A program made the position numbers and the translations under genes. A stretch of 63,708 bases of DNA, counting the filler, from an uncultured Rhodopirellula sp. (GTDB lineage Bacteria; Planctomycetota; Planctomycetia; Pirellulales; Pirellulaceae): assembly GCA_964007735.1 (NCBI GenBank). It is 3 parts of 3 records of this genome, joined end to end, with 100 filler letters (N's around TTAATTAATTAA, not from the genome) between each part and the next. Parts side by side here need not be neighbours in the genome. Positions count along the whole stretch, not along the records: positions 45,581 to 63,708 come from CAXGAI010000068.1; 2 more parts are not named here. One strand, given 5' to 3'. Position 1 is the stretch's first letter. Every line of letters begins with the position of its first letter. The notes under the pieces are model-generated. The model saw only the letters and a list, made by a program, of their open reading frames with translations. It did no database searches and was not told the origin of the DNA. Shown in pieces: positions 51,704 through 60,463 of the stretch.

Positions 51704-53287
51704 ATGTTTGGACGACGAAAACGCCGTATGGCGTTGGACAATGGAATGCTGTCCACTTTGAAACGTGGCGCAGATCCAAATGCTCCAGCATTAGCAGCTC
51801 AAGAAGCGTTTCCAACAGCTGAAATGATTGCCGCAGACCATAACTTAGCCTTTGATATGAGCAACGCTGAAGGAAAAATGTTTCTTGGCCTGGTTGGCGG
51901 AGAAATGAAAATCAAAGATGGCACACTCGCAGCTCATGGCGGCCATTTGGTTGGCATTCATGATGACCGTCACTTTATGATCGTAGCGGGTTCTAGGGCA
52001 GGGAAGGGAAGGTCAATTTTGTTACCCCTATTAGCTACATGGCCGGGATCGGTCATTGTGATAGATCCAAAGATGGATTTGGCAACGGAAACCGCATCAT
52101 TGCGAGCAAAGCATCAGCGCGTGTTGATTCATGATGCCTTTGGTGCAGCTGGACCTTCGTGTGATCCATATCGAGCATCTGGCAACCCTCTGTCATACCG
52201 CTTGGGTGATGATGATGACTCCCTTCTCGATTTGGCCATGTTGATTGCTGATGGGTTGGTTGTGAAATCGCGCAGCAATGAACCCCATTGGGATGAATCG
52301 GCAATGATGTTCATTGAAGGTGTGATTCTGCATGTTATGACATCGCCAATTTATGACGGACGGCGAACATTGCCGACTGTTCACAAACTGCTTATCGAAG
52401 CGGTAGAAGATGGCGGTAATGAAAAAGGCGAACTGTCGACACTTGAAAAAGAGATGTGCGATAACGAAGCTGTCGGCGGAGCGGTGCAGGCCGCAGCAAT
52501 CGCGTTTTACGACCGCCATGAAAGAGAACGGGCATCAGTCTTATCCACTCTCAGAAGGCACCTGCATTTCCTTACATTTCCGAGAATCAGGAATTCATTG
52601 GTCGATGGGGCGGTAGATGTACGAACATTTCACGAAACGCCCACTAGTCTGTATATCGGGCTGCCAGCTACGAAGATGCGCACCTGCGCCGGTTTGCTTC
52701 GATTGTTTATCAATCTGGCCTTGGCAGCCTTTGAAGCCAACAGTGCCAGACATGACTTTCAACATCAAAGCGGCCGTTATCCGTGTTTATTGATTATGGA
52801 TGAATTTTTTTCACTCGGCCGGATGGAACGCATTGAAGCGGCAGCGGGTCAAGTAGCTGGGTTTGGAGTAAAGCTCTGTCCTGTACTTCAGGATTTGTCG
52901 CAGCTTAAGGCAATGTACCCTGATAGCTGGGAAACATTCGCAGCGAACTGTGGCGCCATAAGCTTTTTTGGCAATACGGATCTAACCACCCTCGAATTTC
53001 TGGAAAAACGACTCGGCCAAACACAAGTCCGATCCGCCAGCCAGTCTGAGGTGTCTTATGACGGCGCGGTGAAAGAGGGCGCCACAGGCAGTAGCTACAG
53101 CATCAATAGCCATCCGTTGATGAGCGTTCCAGAACTGGCACGCACATTTAATCGTGACGATCCATATTGCCGCCAGCTTGTCCTATCGGCAAAGCATGGA
53201 CCATTAATCATTCAGAGAGCGTATTACGATCAACACGCTCAATTCAGGAAATTGTTCCCATGCTTACCGCTAGCTCAAACCCGCTGA
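51704..53287 (+). CDS. virD4: type IV coupling protein VirD4/TraG family
   Basis: Walker A AGSRAGKG; VIVIDPK; HWDESA; Walker B LIMDEF; GFGVKL..LQDLSQLKAMY..WETF.AN. Confidence 0.9.
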   Translation: MFGRRKRRMALDNGMLSTLKRGADPNAPALAAQEAFPTAEMIAADHNLAFDMSNAEGKMFLGLVGGEMKIKDGTLAAHGGHLVGIHDDRHFMIVAGSRAGKGRSILLPLLATWPGSVIVIDPKMDLATETASLRAKHQRVLIHDAFGAAGPSCDPYRASGNPLSYRLGDDDDSLLDLAMLIADGLVVKSRSNEPHWDESAMMFIEGVILHVMTSPIYDGRRTLPTVHKLLIEAVEDGGNEKGELSTLEKEMCDNEAVGGAVQAAAIAFYDRHERERASVLSTLRRHLHFLTFPRIRNSLVDGAVDVRTFHETPTSLYIGLPATKMRTCAGLLRLFINLALAAFEANSARHDFQHQSGRYPCLLIMDEFFSLGRMERIEAAAGQVAGFGVKLCPVLQDLSQLKAMYPDSWETFAANCGAISFFGNTDLTTLEFLEKRLGQTQVRSASQSEVSYDGAVKEGATGSSYSINSHPLMSVPELARTFNRDDPYCRQLVLSAKHGPLIIQRAYYDQHAQFRKLFPCLPLAQTR

Positions 53288-54027
53288 ATCAATGGCCGAA
53301 AGTTCGGCGTGTGAAGCCTGGAATGCTACGGGTCAAAGGGTGGTGTATTTCACCTGGTCAGTGGCTCGTTATGCGTGGCATTGCCTTCGTCATCGTAACC
53401 GTGCTGATCAGTTCTGTGTTGGCTGCGGCCGCTATGCCCTGGTTGGTAGGCATTTTCGCTCGTTGGGGGCAGGGGAATCCCGTCAGTATATGGATTTTTA
53501 TGCTGATGGATCTTCGATGGTGGCTTCGACAAGTTTTCACTGAAGACTTTCCGGCATTAGGTGAAGCAATCTGGTACACCGGCACTAATCCATTTGATTG
53601 GCATCTTCTGAGTATCGGCATTGTGATGATTTGGACCAGACGATTTCTGCGGTATGGGATTGCGGCGAGTCTAGGTCTAATTATCTCTCCAATATTTGGC
53701 TCGAAGTTCAAGGTGTCATTCACCCGCGACACGGTGATTATTCACCGATGGCTTCGTTCATTGAAGTTGTATCGACACGCATCCACGGGCGGAGAAGTCA
53801 GCTTTCGATCGACTGGACCAGAATATCAAACCGGCCTGTGGCGTCTCTTGATGCGGCTCGAGCTTATGCGGCCGAGTCAAGAAAATGAATTTGCACAAGT
53901 AATGGTCATAACAGGGTTGAGACCGATCCGTCTCGTCACATCACGTACGCAGTTAGTTGCGGAAAAGATTGTTCAGTCAATGCAATTGGCAATGCAGCAT
54001 TCCCGAAACCTCATGGAGAAACAATGA
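53260..54027 (+). CDS. hypothetical membrane protein overlapping the virD4 end
   Basis: Start MLTASSN with AGGAA upstream; 3-4 TM segments. Confidence 0.65.
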   Translation: MLTASSNPLNQWPKVRRVKPGMLRVKGWCISPGQWLVMRGIAFVIVTVLISSVLAAAAMPWLVGIFARWGQGNPVSIWIFMLMDLRWWLRQVFTEDFPALGEAIWYTGTNPFDWHLLSIGIVMIWTRRFLRYGIAASLGLIISPIFGSKFKVSFTRDTVIIHRWLRSLKLYRHASTGGEVSFRSTGPEYQTGLWRLLMRLELMRPSQENEFAQVMVITGLRPIRLVTSRTQLVAEKIVQSMQLAMQHSRNLMEKQ

Positions 54028-54305
54028 TGGCAGAAACAACCTCACATCTCGATGGTGCGCACTACGGCCCCTCGAGCAAATTTCAGATTCAGGAAAACAA
54101 CAAACATCGTGCAAAGCCCACGGTTCAATACGAACTGTCACCAACAGGGCCGATTCGAACAGAAATATTGACTCATTCTGCAAATCAAAAAAATGCGGAA
54201 ATTGATCGAGAAAACAACTTCATGGAGAAGCGGTTGGCTCGTCGCAAGAACCAGGCAAAACAGCAATTCAACGATCGGACGAAAAATGAATGGGGCTTGG
54301 AGTGA
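54024..54305 (+). CDS. hypothetical 93-aa protein
   Basis: ATGA overlap with upstream gene; GGAG RBS; basic tail ending KQQFNDRTKNEWGLE. Confidence 0.6.
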   Translation: MMAETTSHLDGAHYGPSSKFQIQENNKHRAKPTVQYELSPTGPIRTEILTHSANQKNAEIDRENNFMEKRLARRKNQAKQQFNDRTKNEWGLE

Positions 54306-54359
54306 GAGACGTCTCAAAGTTTGCGCCCGAAGACACAATCGTGCTAGGGTTGAACTGAC

Positions 54360-54641
54360 ATGGCATCAACAGATCAAAACAGAGCATATTGGGAAGTGCA
54401 GGAAACCCGTTCACTTCCAGCATTGGGCGAGCCACCTCACAAGGTGGTTGTGAAGATGTCGCGTGCCCATTGGGGGTGCTTCGACTTCCTTGTCAACACG
54501 GTGGGCTATCACCCGGCAAAGCTGGTGGATCTCGCCGAACAAGAAGCACGACATCAGGGGCGGGCATTCCATGAAGTCTTTCCGGATGCAATGACGTATA
54601 TGGATCAAGAGTTTTCAAAAATCTACGCTGAAGAAGAATAG
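54360..54641 (+). CDS. hypothetical 93-aa protein, possibly RHH-like
   Basis: Non-overlapping ORF in the co-directional cluster; VVKMSRAHW..FDFL..G pattern. Confidence 0.55.
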   Translation: MASTDQNRAYWEVQETRSLPALGEPPHKVVVKMSRAHWGCFDFLVNTVGYHPAKLVDLAEQEARHQGRAFHEVFPDAMTYMDQEFSKIYAEEE

Positions 54642-54689
54642 CTTTCGTTCTTGAACAACCGACGGCCGTACAAGCCTGGAGCAGTCGAT

Positions 54690-55295
54690 ATGTCCAAAAA
54701 ATCGAACATACACGAAATGGTGAGAGTTGAGCCTGCAGCAGACAACACTTCAAATCAACTACCGCAAGGTGTTCAGCCCGGACAGGTTTACGTCGATCCA
54801 GAAACCGGCGAGCTGTTGCAGCTCACGCCGGTGAATTCCACGCAAGCCACAAGGCGGCCGGGAAACCCGGTGGACCAAATGGTCATGGATATGGGTTATG
54901 AACCGGGAACAAATATTCAGCGTTTCCGGGGCGAAACACTGTGGGTCAGACATCCGGACGGAAGTAAACAACAGGTGAGCAGGGGCTATGTTGAAGATAT
55001 CACCCACAAGCAGGCACCCAAATCTGAAGCAGATGATGAGATACCCAACGCAATAAGCAAGAAGAAAATATTCATCGGCGTGATGCTCGTCATACTTATT
55101 GTGATGATCCTGGCGGACGTGGTTGGAGTGCCCCATGTCCGCATTGCCCCAGGCGAATACGCCAGTCTGGAGGGTGTGAAAGTCGTTGATGATCCTGATG
55201 GAGCGTTGGTGATCCTCAAACGGCTCGATCGGTCTGTCTTTCTTTACACCATCGACGGCATTGGCTGGACGTTCCGAAAAATCGCTGGAAGCTAG
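54690..55295 (+). CDS. hypothetical single-TM protein
   Basis: GGAG RBS before MSKKSN; TM segment IFIGVMLVILIVMILA. Confidence 0.65.
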   Translation: MSKKSNIHEMVRVEPAADNTSNQLPQGVQPGQVYVDPETGELLQLTPVNSTQATRRPGNPVDQMVMDMGYEPGTNIQRFRGETLWVRHPDGSKQQVSRGYVEDITHKQAPKSEADDEIPNAISKKKIFIGVMLVILIVMILADVVGVPHVRIAPGEYASLEGVKVVDDPDGALVILKRLDRSVFLYTIDGIGWTFRKIAGS

Positions 55296-55406
55296 CGCCC
55301 GCTCAACGTGGGGAAGTCCACACCACAATTCTGACACAACGACTGCCTAACGCATGCCCGCAAATCCTCCAGATTCCTCAAGTAATAGTCAGCGATAGAA
55401 CGGAAC

Positions 55407-57632
55407 CTATTTGAATCTGTTTCGAAGAACGGCTTTGGCCGGTATGTGGCCAGCATCAGCGGATTTTTCATACCATTGTTTGGCCTTTGCGTCATCTTTC
55501 TCCACGCCGTCACCTCTGGAATATATCTGCCCCAGTTCAAACATTGCTTCTCTGTTTCCCGACTCTGCTGAGCTCAAAAAAAGCTTCAAAGCTTCGGCCT
55601 TATCGATATCAACTCCGGAACCCTCCCAGTAACACTTGCCAAGTCCGAACATCGCAACTTCGTCACCATGTATTACACCCTGGCGAAATAATTCAACCGC
55701 TTTGGTGTAGCTTTGTTGCACTCCCATGCCTTCAACATACATCTGTGCAAGGCCCGCAAAAGCAACAGGCTCTTCCTTCTCGATAGCACGTTCCAACAAA
55801 GCGATGATATCAGCCGCAACATCACGCTGAGCCAAGAATGAGGGTAACTTGGAACGGCTCTCCCCTGAGAGCTTAGATCTAATTACGTCCTGCTTGCCTT
55901 CCAAAATCATTAAGTATAGCTTGTCTGCCAGAAGTGTTAGATGAATCCCCGACAGGTCGGCTTTGGAAAGTGACATTATCAATTCGTGGAACTTATCGTA
56001 TTGCTTAGAGGTGTAGAGGTCATTAACCTTTTCAAGCGACTTCATAAATTCGACGTGGATGCGACGATCTTCTTCGATTTCTTCAAGTTTTAAAGCAGAA
56101 TCAGCCTCCAATGCTTTAGACACTCTCAACGCACCTTTAAGAGAAACGTGATAATCCGCTGACGTAAACATTCCGGAATCTACTGCATCCCAAAGACCCT
56201 TTTCTGATGTCACACGCATATACCATTTCAGCGCGACGTTTAGATCTTTCTCAACGCCCCAACCATTCTCGTAAGCCTGTCCCAAACTTCTCATAGCAGA
56301 ATAGCTGCCATTCTTGGCTGCTTTCTGAAACCAATGAACAGCCAGAGTATGATCCTGCTCCAATCCGAGTCCTTCGGAATACTTGCGTCCGAGAAAGTAC
56401 ATTGCCGGGGCATACCCAGCTTCCGCTGCTTTTACATACCACTCAAACGCCTTCTGATCATCTTTAGGAACGCCGTCTCCGTCGCCGTATTGAATCCCAA
56501 GGTTAAACATCGCTTGAGCATTACCAGCTTCTGCTGATCGCCGATACCAATCGAACGCCTTCTTCTTATCTGTCGCAACCCCTTCGCCCTTGGAATACCT
56601 AAATCCCACAGAATTCATGGCAACTGCATGACCTGCCTCAGCTGCTTTTAGAAACCACTCGAACGCCTTTTCCTTATCCTTCTCAACACCTCGTTCAACA
56701 TCGTATATCATACCTATCAAGTACATGGCTTTGACGATACGGGCGTCGGCCGCTCGCTTGCCCCAATCAAGAGCCAGTTGTTCATTCTGGGTTACGCCTA
56801 ATCCTTTAAAGTACATCAAGGCAAGCATGTACATAGCGCCCGAATGATTCTTCTCTGCTGCTTTTTGAACCCACGCAAATGCGGACTCGTAATCCTTGTC
56901 AACAAGCTTGCCCTCTGCATACACCCGTCCCATTTGATACATGGCAATCGAATTTCCGCTCTCAGCTGCCTTTGTATACCACTTGAGTGCATGGTCTTCA
57001 TTGACCTCCATCCCCGGTCCGTGGAGATATCGATTGGCAATGTTCAGCATTGAATCAACATCACCAAGTTCGGCTGCCTTCAAGTACCACTTAGCGGCCG
57101 CATTCTCGTCCTTGGAAACAAGCTTTCCAGCTTCGTTGATTTTTGCGAGTGTAACGGCAGCAGGCGCGTAACCTGCGTCGATGGCTTTCTGATACCACTT
57201 CAGTGCTTCTTTGGTGTTCTGTTCGACACCGATACCTTCAGCATGCATATTCGCCACAACCCACATCGGCACCGTCTCGCCGAGTTCTGCCGCGCGAAGG
57301 TACCAACGAAACGCTTCCTCCAGATTCTTCTGGACTCCCTGACCGTTGTAATACGACCATGCGAGATAATGTGCACCACCACCGTGATCCAGTTCCGCCG
57401 CCTTTCGCGACCAATGAACGCTTTGCGCCGGGTCCTTCTCTACACCTGTACCGGTCATGTATGCGCGGGCCAGCCTCGCCATGGCATCAGCATCACCGGA
57501 TTCAGCGGCGACCGTCAGCTCGGCGATGTTGGGAGCCTTGTTCTCTTCTGCACGAAGAGCGTTTAAAGGAAGAAATATGGCAAAAAAAACGGTGAACGCA
57601 ACGGACAACGGCAGGATTACAGGACGAAGCAT
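55407..57632 (-). CDS. secreted Sel1-repeat protein (about 15 repeats: 12 + non-repeat insert + 3)
   Basis: Signal peptide from MLRPVIL; canonical 36-aa Sel1 repeats. Confidence 0.92.
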   Translation of the reverse strand: MLRPVILPLSVAFTVFFAIFLPLNALRAEENKAPNIAELTVAAESGDADAMARLARAYMTGTGVEKDPAQSVHWSRKAAELDHGGGAHYLAWSYYNGQGVQKNLEEAFRWYLRAAELGETVPMWVVANMHAEGIGVEQNTKEALKWYQKAIDAGYAPAAVTLAKINEAGKLVSKDENAAAKWYLKAAELGDVDSMLNIANRYLHGPGMEVNEDHALKWYTKAAESGNSIAMYQMGRVYAEGKLVDKDYESAFAWVQKAAEKNHSGAMYMLALMYFKGLGVTQNEQLALDWGKRAADARIVKAMYLIGMIYDVERGVEKDKEKAFEWFLKAAEAGHAVAMNSVGFRYSKGEGVATDKKKAFDWYRRSAEAGNAQAMFNLGIQYGDGDGVPKDDQKAFEWYVKAAEAGYAPAMYFLGRKYSEGLGLEQDHTLAVHWFQKAAKNGSYSAMRSLGQAYENGWGVEKDLNVALKWYMRVTSEKGLWDAVDSGMFTSADYHVSLKGALRVSKALEADSALKLEEIEEDRRIHVEFMKSLEKVNDLYTSKQYDKFHELIMSLSKADLSGIHLTLLADKLYLMILEGKQDVIRSKLSGESRSKLPSFLAQRDVAADIIALLERAIEKEEPVAFAGLAQMYVEGMGVQQSYTKAVELFRQGVIHGDEVAMFGLGKCYWEGSGVDIDKAEALKLFLSSAESGNREAMFELGQIYSRGDGVEKDDAKAKQWYEKSADAGHIPAKAVLRNRFK

Positions 57633-58156
57633 GTTGATGGTCCCTCGGGAAAACTTGTGTCTGAGATGAATGAGTTCAGCGATGGCACGTAATTCTTTAC
57701 GGAAGATAAAGGATAGCGAATTCATGATAGTTTGGAAGAGCTATTGCATCAGGCAGTCGATCGACGATAATGAAAGCTGGACAACATGATTCGATCGTGC
57801 GTGTGATCATCCTAGTGAATATCAAACTTCTAGACGCTTCGTTAATTCGAGACGGAGATTCACACCCATACCACAAGGAAGCACTGGACTATGTGGCGAT
57901 ATCATATGCAGCACTCAGGGAGCTAATGCGTTATCGGGAAATCGGCCTCCTGCCCGGCCCCATTTCTGAAACTGCCCAACGATGTGCCGGAAGGCCTTGG
58001 CGCACCGATGGTCATTTCCTGGCTATCTCAGGCTGTCAGAAGCGCAGAACGGCACAAACTCGAATTCGTGCTTGAGCGCTACAGGTCGTTTATGGATCTC
58101 CGGCTCATCAATAGCAATTAATAACCCTTATATGAGAAATACGAGAAAAGGCGCGG

Positions 58157-59584
58157 TTATCGTTCACGATCGTGATCATCGCGGACACGGTCGCGTGATC
58201 TTTGGGAAGCCCGCGACTGCATACGATTTCTCAGATCATACGGCATGTCACCCTGTTCATTTTCTGCGCCACGGGGCAACATTTCATTCGGGTGGTTCGC
58301 TTCCGTCTGGCGCAGGCGGGCTGCGTGCTGACGAGTGTATCGGGTGAAAGCGACGGCACGTTGTTTGGATCGTTCGCGCCAATTTGCACGGAGGGCCGCC
58401 TTGTCCATCTTCTGCGACAGAATGAGTTGTGATCGTTCCGCTTCCAATCGACGTTGATTATCCGTCAAGCGTCGCTCGCCACGCTTACGTTCCTTCTGTG
58501 CTGCGCTTCGCTCTTCCCGCTTTTGCTCAAGCGTAAGCTTGCGTTCCGCATCGCACTGTTTTCGCTTCACAGCCTTGATACGTTCGCCTTTGTTCGCCAC
58601 GACACCGAAGGTTTCCGTAATAACCCTGCTCTTGTCCCGGCCTGTAACAAGTCGTTTCAGATCAACAGCCTTGAACCGGTTCTTGATTCTTCCAAGGAAC
58701 GACTTCTCATCCTGTTGGAAGGCTTGTAGCTTCGCCTCGTGCTGGTGGTGCAGTTCAGCCCATCGCGACCGAAAGCCCTGGCGAACCTCACTAACCTTTC
58801 GACCAATGGCTTTTGCCGTTTCACCATGAATGGCTTCAATTCGCTGCTTGTGGTTCTGCTCCAGCCGGGCCCATTCCTGCTTGTGCCGCTGACGCATCTC
58901 CCGCATTCGTTTGCCAACAGCAGCGTCTCGACGGCGTTCCGTATCGCGCACATTCTGAGCCATGTTGTCATTGGCAGGCATCTGCTGTTCCGCCTCATAG
59001 AGATGCCGGGCCTGGGAACGAACGCCTCGCACATATTCGCCGCGGCGACGGGCAGCATTGTTGATGACCCGTTCATGGCAATAAACCTTGCCGCTTTGCT
59101 TTTCGTAATCTTCAGCCCATTGGGACAGTTTCAATTTCTCCTTGCTGGACGAAAGCATCCTTCCATCAGAAGGGTTGACCCGATTGATGAGGATGTGCAC
59201 ATGCGGATGAGGTTCGTCAGTGTGACTGACAATCATGGCCTGGTGATCCGATGCTGACAGAGCGTCGATGGCACTCTCCGCAGCATTGAGCATGGCTGCA
59301 TGATCCAATTCATCAGCCTGGTCTTCATGCCAACTCAATGTCAGATGCAAAACGCTCCGGGCTGATTTGCGGCCGGTGTTTTTGATCCCTGCATTCTGCT
59401 TGAGACGCTGTTGATCCATCGCCGTGGCTGCCATGACCCGCCAGGCAATGTTCGCATCCTGCGTTGCCAGATTCCGTGTCGATGTCCAGGCCACGCGATC
59501 GGAGGTATCCGCGCCTTTGTCATGCAGCAGGTAGGCAGCTGCTCCTTTGAAACTCAAACCCTTGGGATGAAGTTTAGGCACCAT
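58157..59584 (-). CDS. MOBP (VirD2-like) relaxase with coiled-coil C-terminal half
   Basis: GLSFKGAAAYLLHDK (catalytic Tyr); VLHLTLSW; HTDEPHPHVHILINRV (HUH); Arg/Asp tail ..RDRVRDDHDRER. Confidence 0.92.
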   Translation of the reverse strand: MVPKLHPKGLSFKGAAAYLLHDKGADTSDRVAWTSTRNLATQDANIAWRVMAATAMDQQRLKQNAGIKNTGRKSARSVLHLTLSWHEDQADELDHAAMLNAAESAIDALSASDHQAMIVSHTDEPHPHVHILINRVNPSDGRMLSSSKEKLKLSQWAEDYEKQSGKVYCHERVINNAARRRGEYVRGVRSQARHLYEAEQQMPANDNMAQNVRDTERRRDAAVGKRMREMRQRHKQEWARLEQNHKQRIEAIHGETAKAIGRKVSEVRQGFRSRWAELHHQHEAKLQAFQQDEKSFLGRIKNRFKAVDLKRLVTGRDKSRVITETFGVVANKGERIKAVKRKQCDAERKLTLEQKREERSAAQKERKRGERRLTDNQRRLEAERSQLILSQKMDKAALRANWRERSKQRAVAFTRYTRQHAARLRQTEANHPNEMLPRGAENEQGDMPYDLRNRMQSRASQRSRDRVRDDHDRER

Positions 59585-59915
59585 AGGACACCGCCACTTT
59601 CTCAAGCACGTTTACTAGGCATTCATACAGCTCCGACCAATCCAACCCGGTATGGTCCGATCGGCCGCTGTTCTCATTTCGGACCTTTTGGTTGAGGTTG
59701 ACTCCGATCGCATTTAACTCGCTAACAAGAGATGCATCGATCCGCCTAGGAGCTGGTTGGACTTCCATGCTCAATATGCAACGACGAACAAACTCCGCTT
59801 CAGACAAACCAGCCAACTCAGCCTGGCTAACCACATGCTGCTTTTCAGCCAGTGTCAGATCCGCTCGTGTGGATGCGGTCCGCTTTTCATGTGGTTGCTT
59901 TTTAGGTCGAGCCAT
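59574..59915 (-). CDS. mobC: MobC relaxosome accessory protein (RHH)
   Basis: MARPKK..KRT..LT.AE..A..AGLS.AEFVR; ELNAIGVNLNQ; overlaps the relaxase start. Confidence 0.9.
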   Translation of the reverse strand: MARPKKQPHEKRTASTRADLTLAEKQHVVSQAELAGLSEAEFVRRCILSMEVQPAPRRIDASLVSELNAIGVNLNQKVRNENSGRSDHTGLDWSELYECLVNVLEKVAVSYGA

Positions 59916-59941
59916 CTGCGTTCCCTACTGTCCTTCATTGC

Positions 59942-60133
59942 TGCATCCAAGGGTCATTCCTTGGTCGTGATGCAACGTCGAAACCGTTGCTCGATGGTTC
60001 AGGAGAGCGAAGTCTCCTGGTGCGGTCCAGGGTGCATAACCCAGGTCGATGGGGTGTCCAGAGGGGAGCGCCGAAGGCTCCCATTTGGCCTTGATCCAAC
60101 GCAGGAACGTTGGCCAGATACTGCATAGCAGTA
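59942..60133. other. oriT-like region with tandem hairpins
   Basis: Inverted repeats at 59947-64, 59972-90, 60000-19, 60064-82, 60096-113 and 60119-33, immediately upstream of mobC. Confidence 0.6.
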
Positions 60134-60463
60134 AGTTTTTCGGTATGAAAAACACATCTGGCTATTCAAGATAAATGTATTCTCCCCATTCCACTTCAGG
60201 TTGCAAGTGTTTTCTGCAAGAGTGTCACATGAACCCCCACGCATGGTCCTATCCTCGAAGCAGCTCGTTAACGCGAAACGAAGCCAATAAGCGAATACAA
60301 ACCATTCAAGCAGGTCGTAATTACTCAGCAGCGGCCAATGGAACACTGGCACAATGATATTTACCAATGCCCCATAGTAATCACCTATTCGGTTTATACG
60401 ATTTGATCTAAATGAAATCGATCGGTTTAATGCTGAGCGTACAAAATTAGCACATCCAATATC

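Noticed and set aside
57770..58347. Short ORFs between the Sel1 and relaxase genes
   Set aside because: No motifs or RBS, partly antisense to the relaxase
58950..58990. PANDN peptide in the relaxase (and PANDR in the orphan protein) resembling the tmRNA tag start
   Set aside because: Internal 4-5 residue match with no tmRNA structure nearby; insufficient evidence
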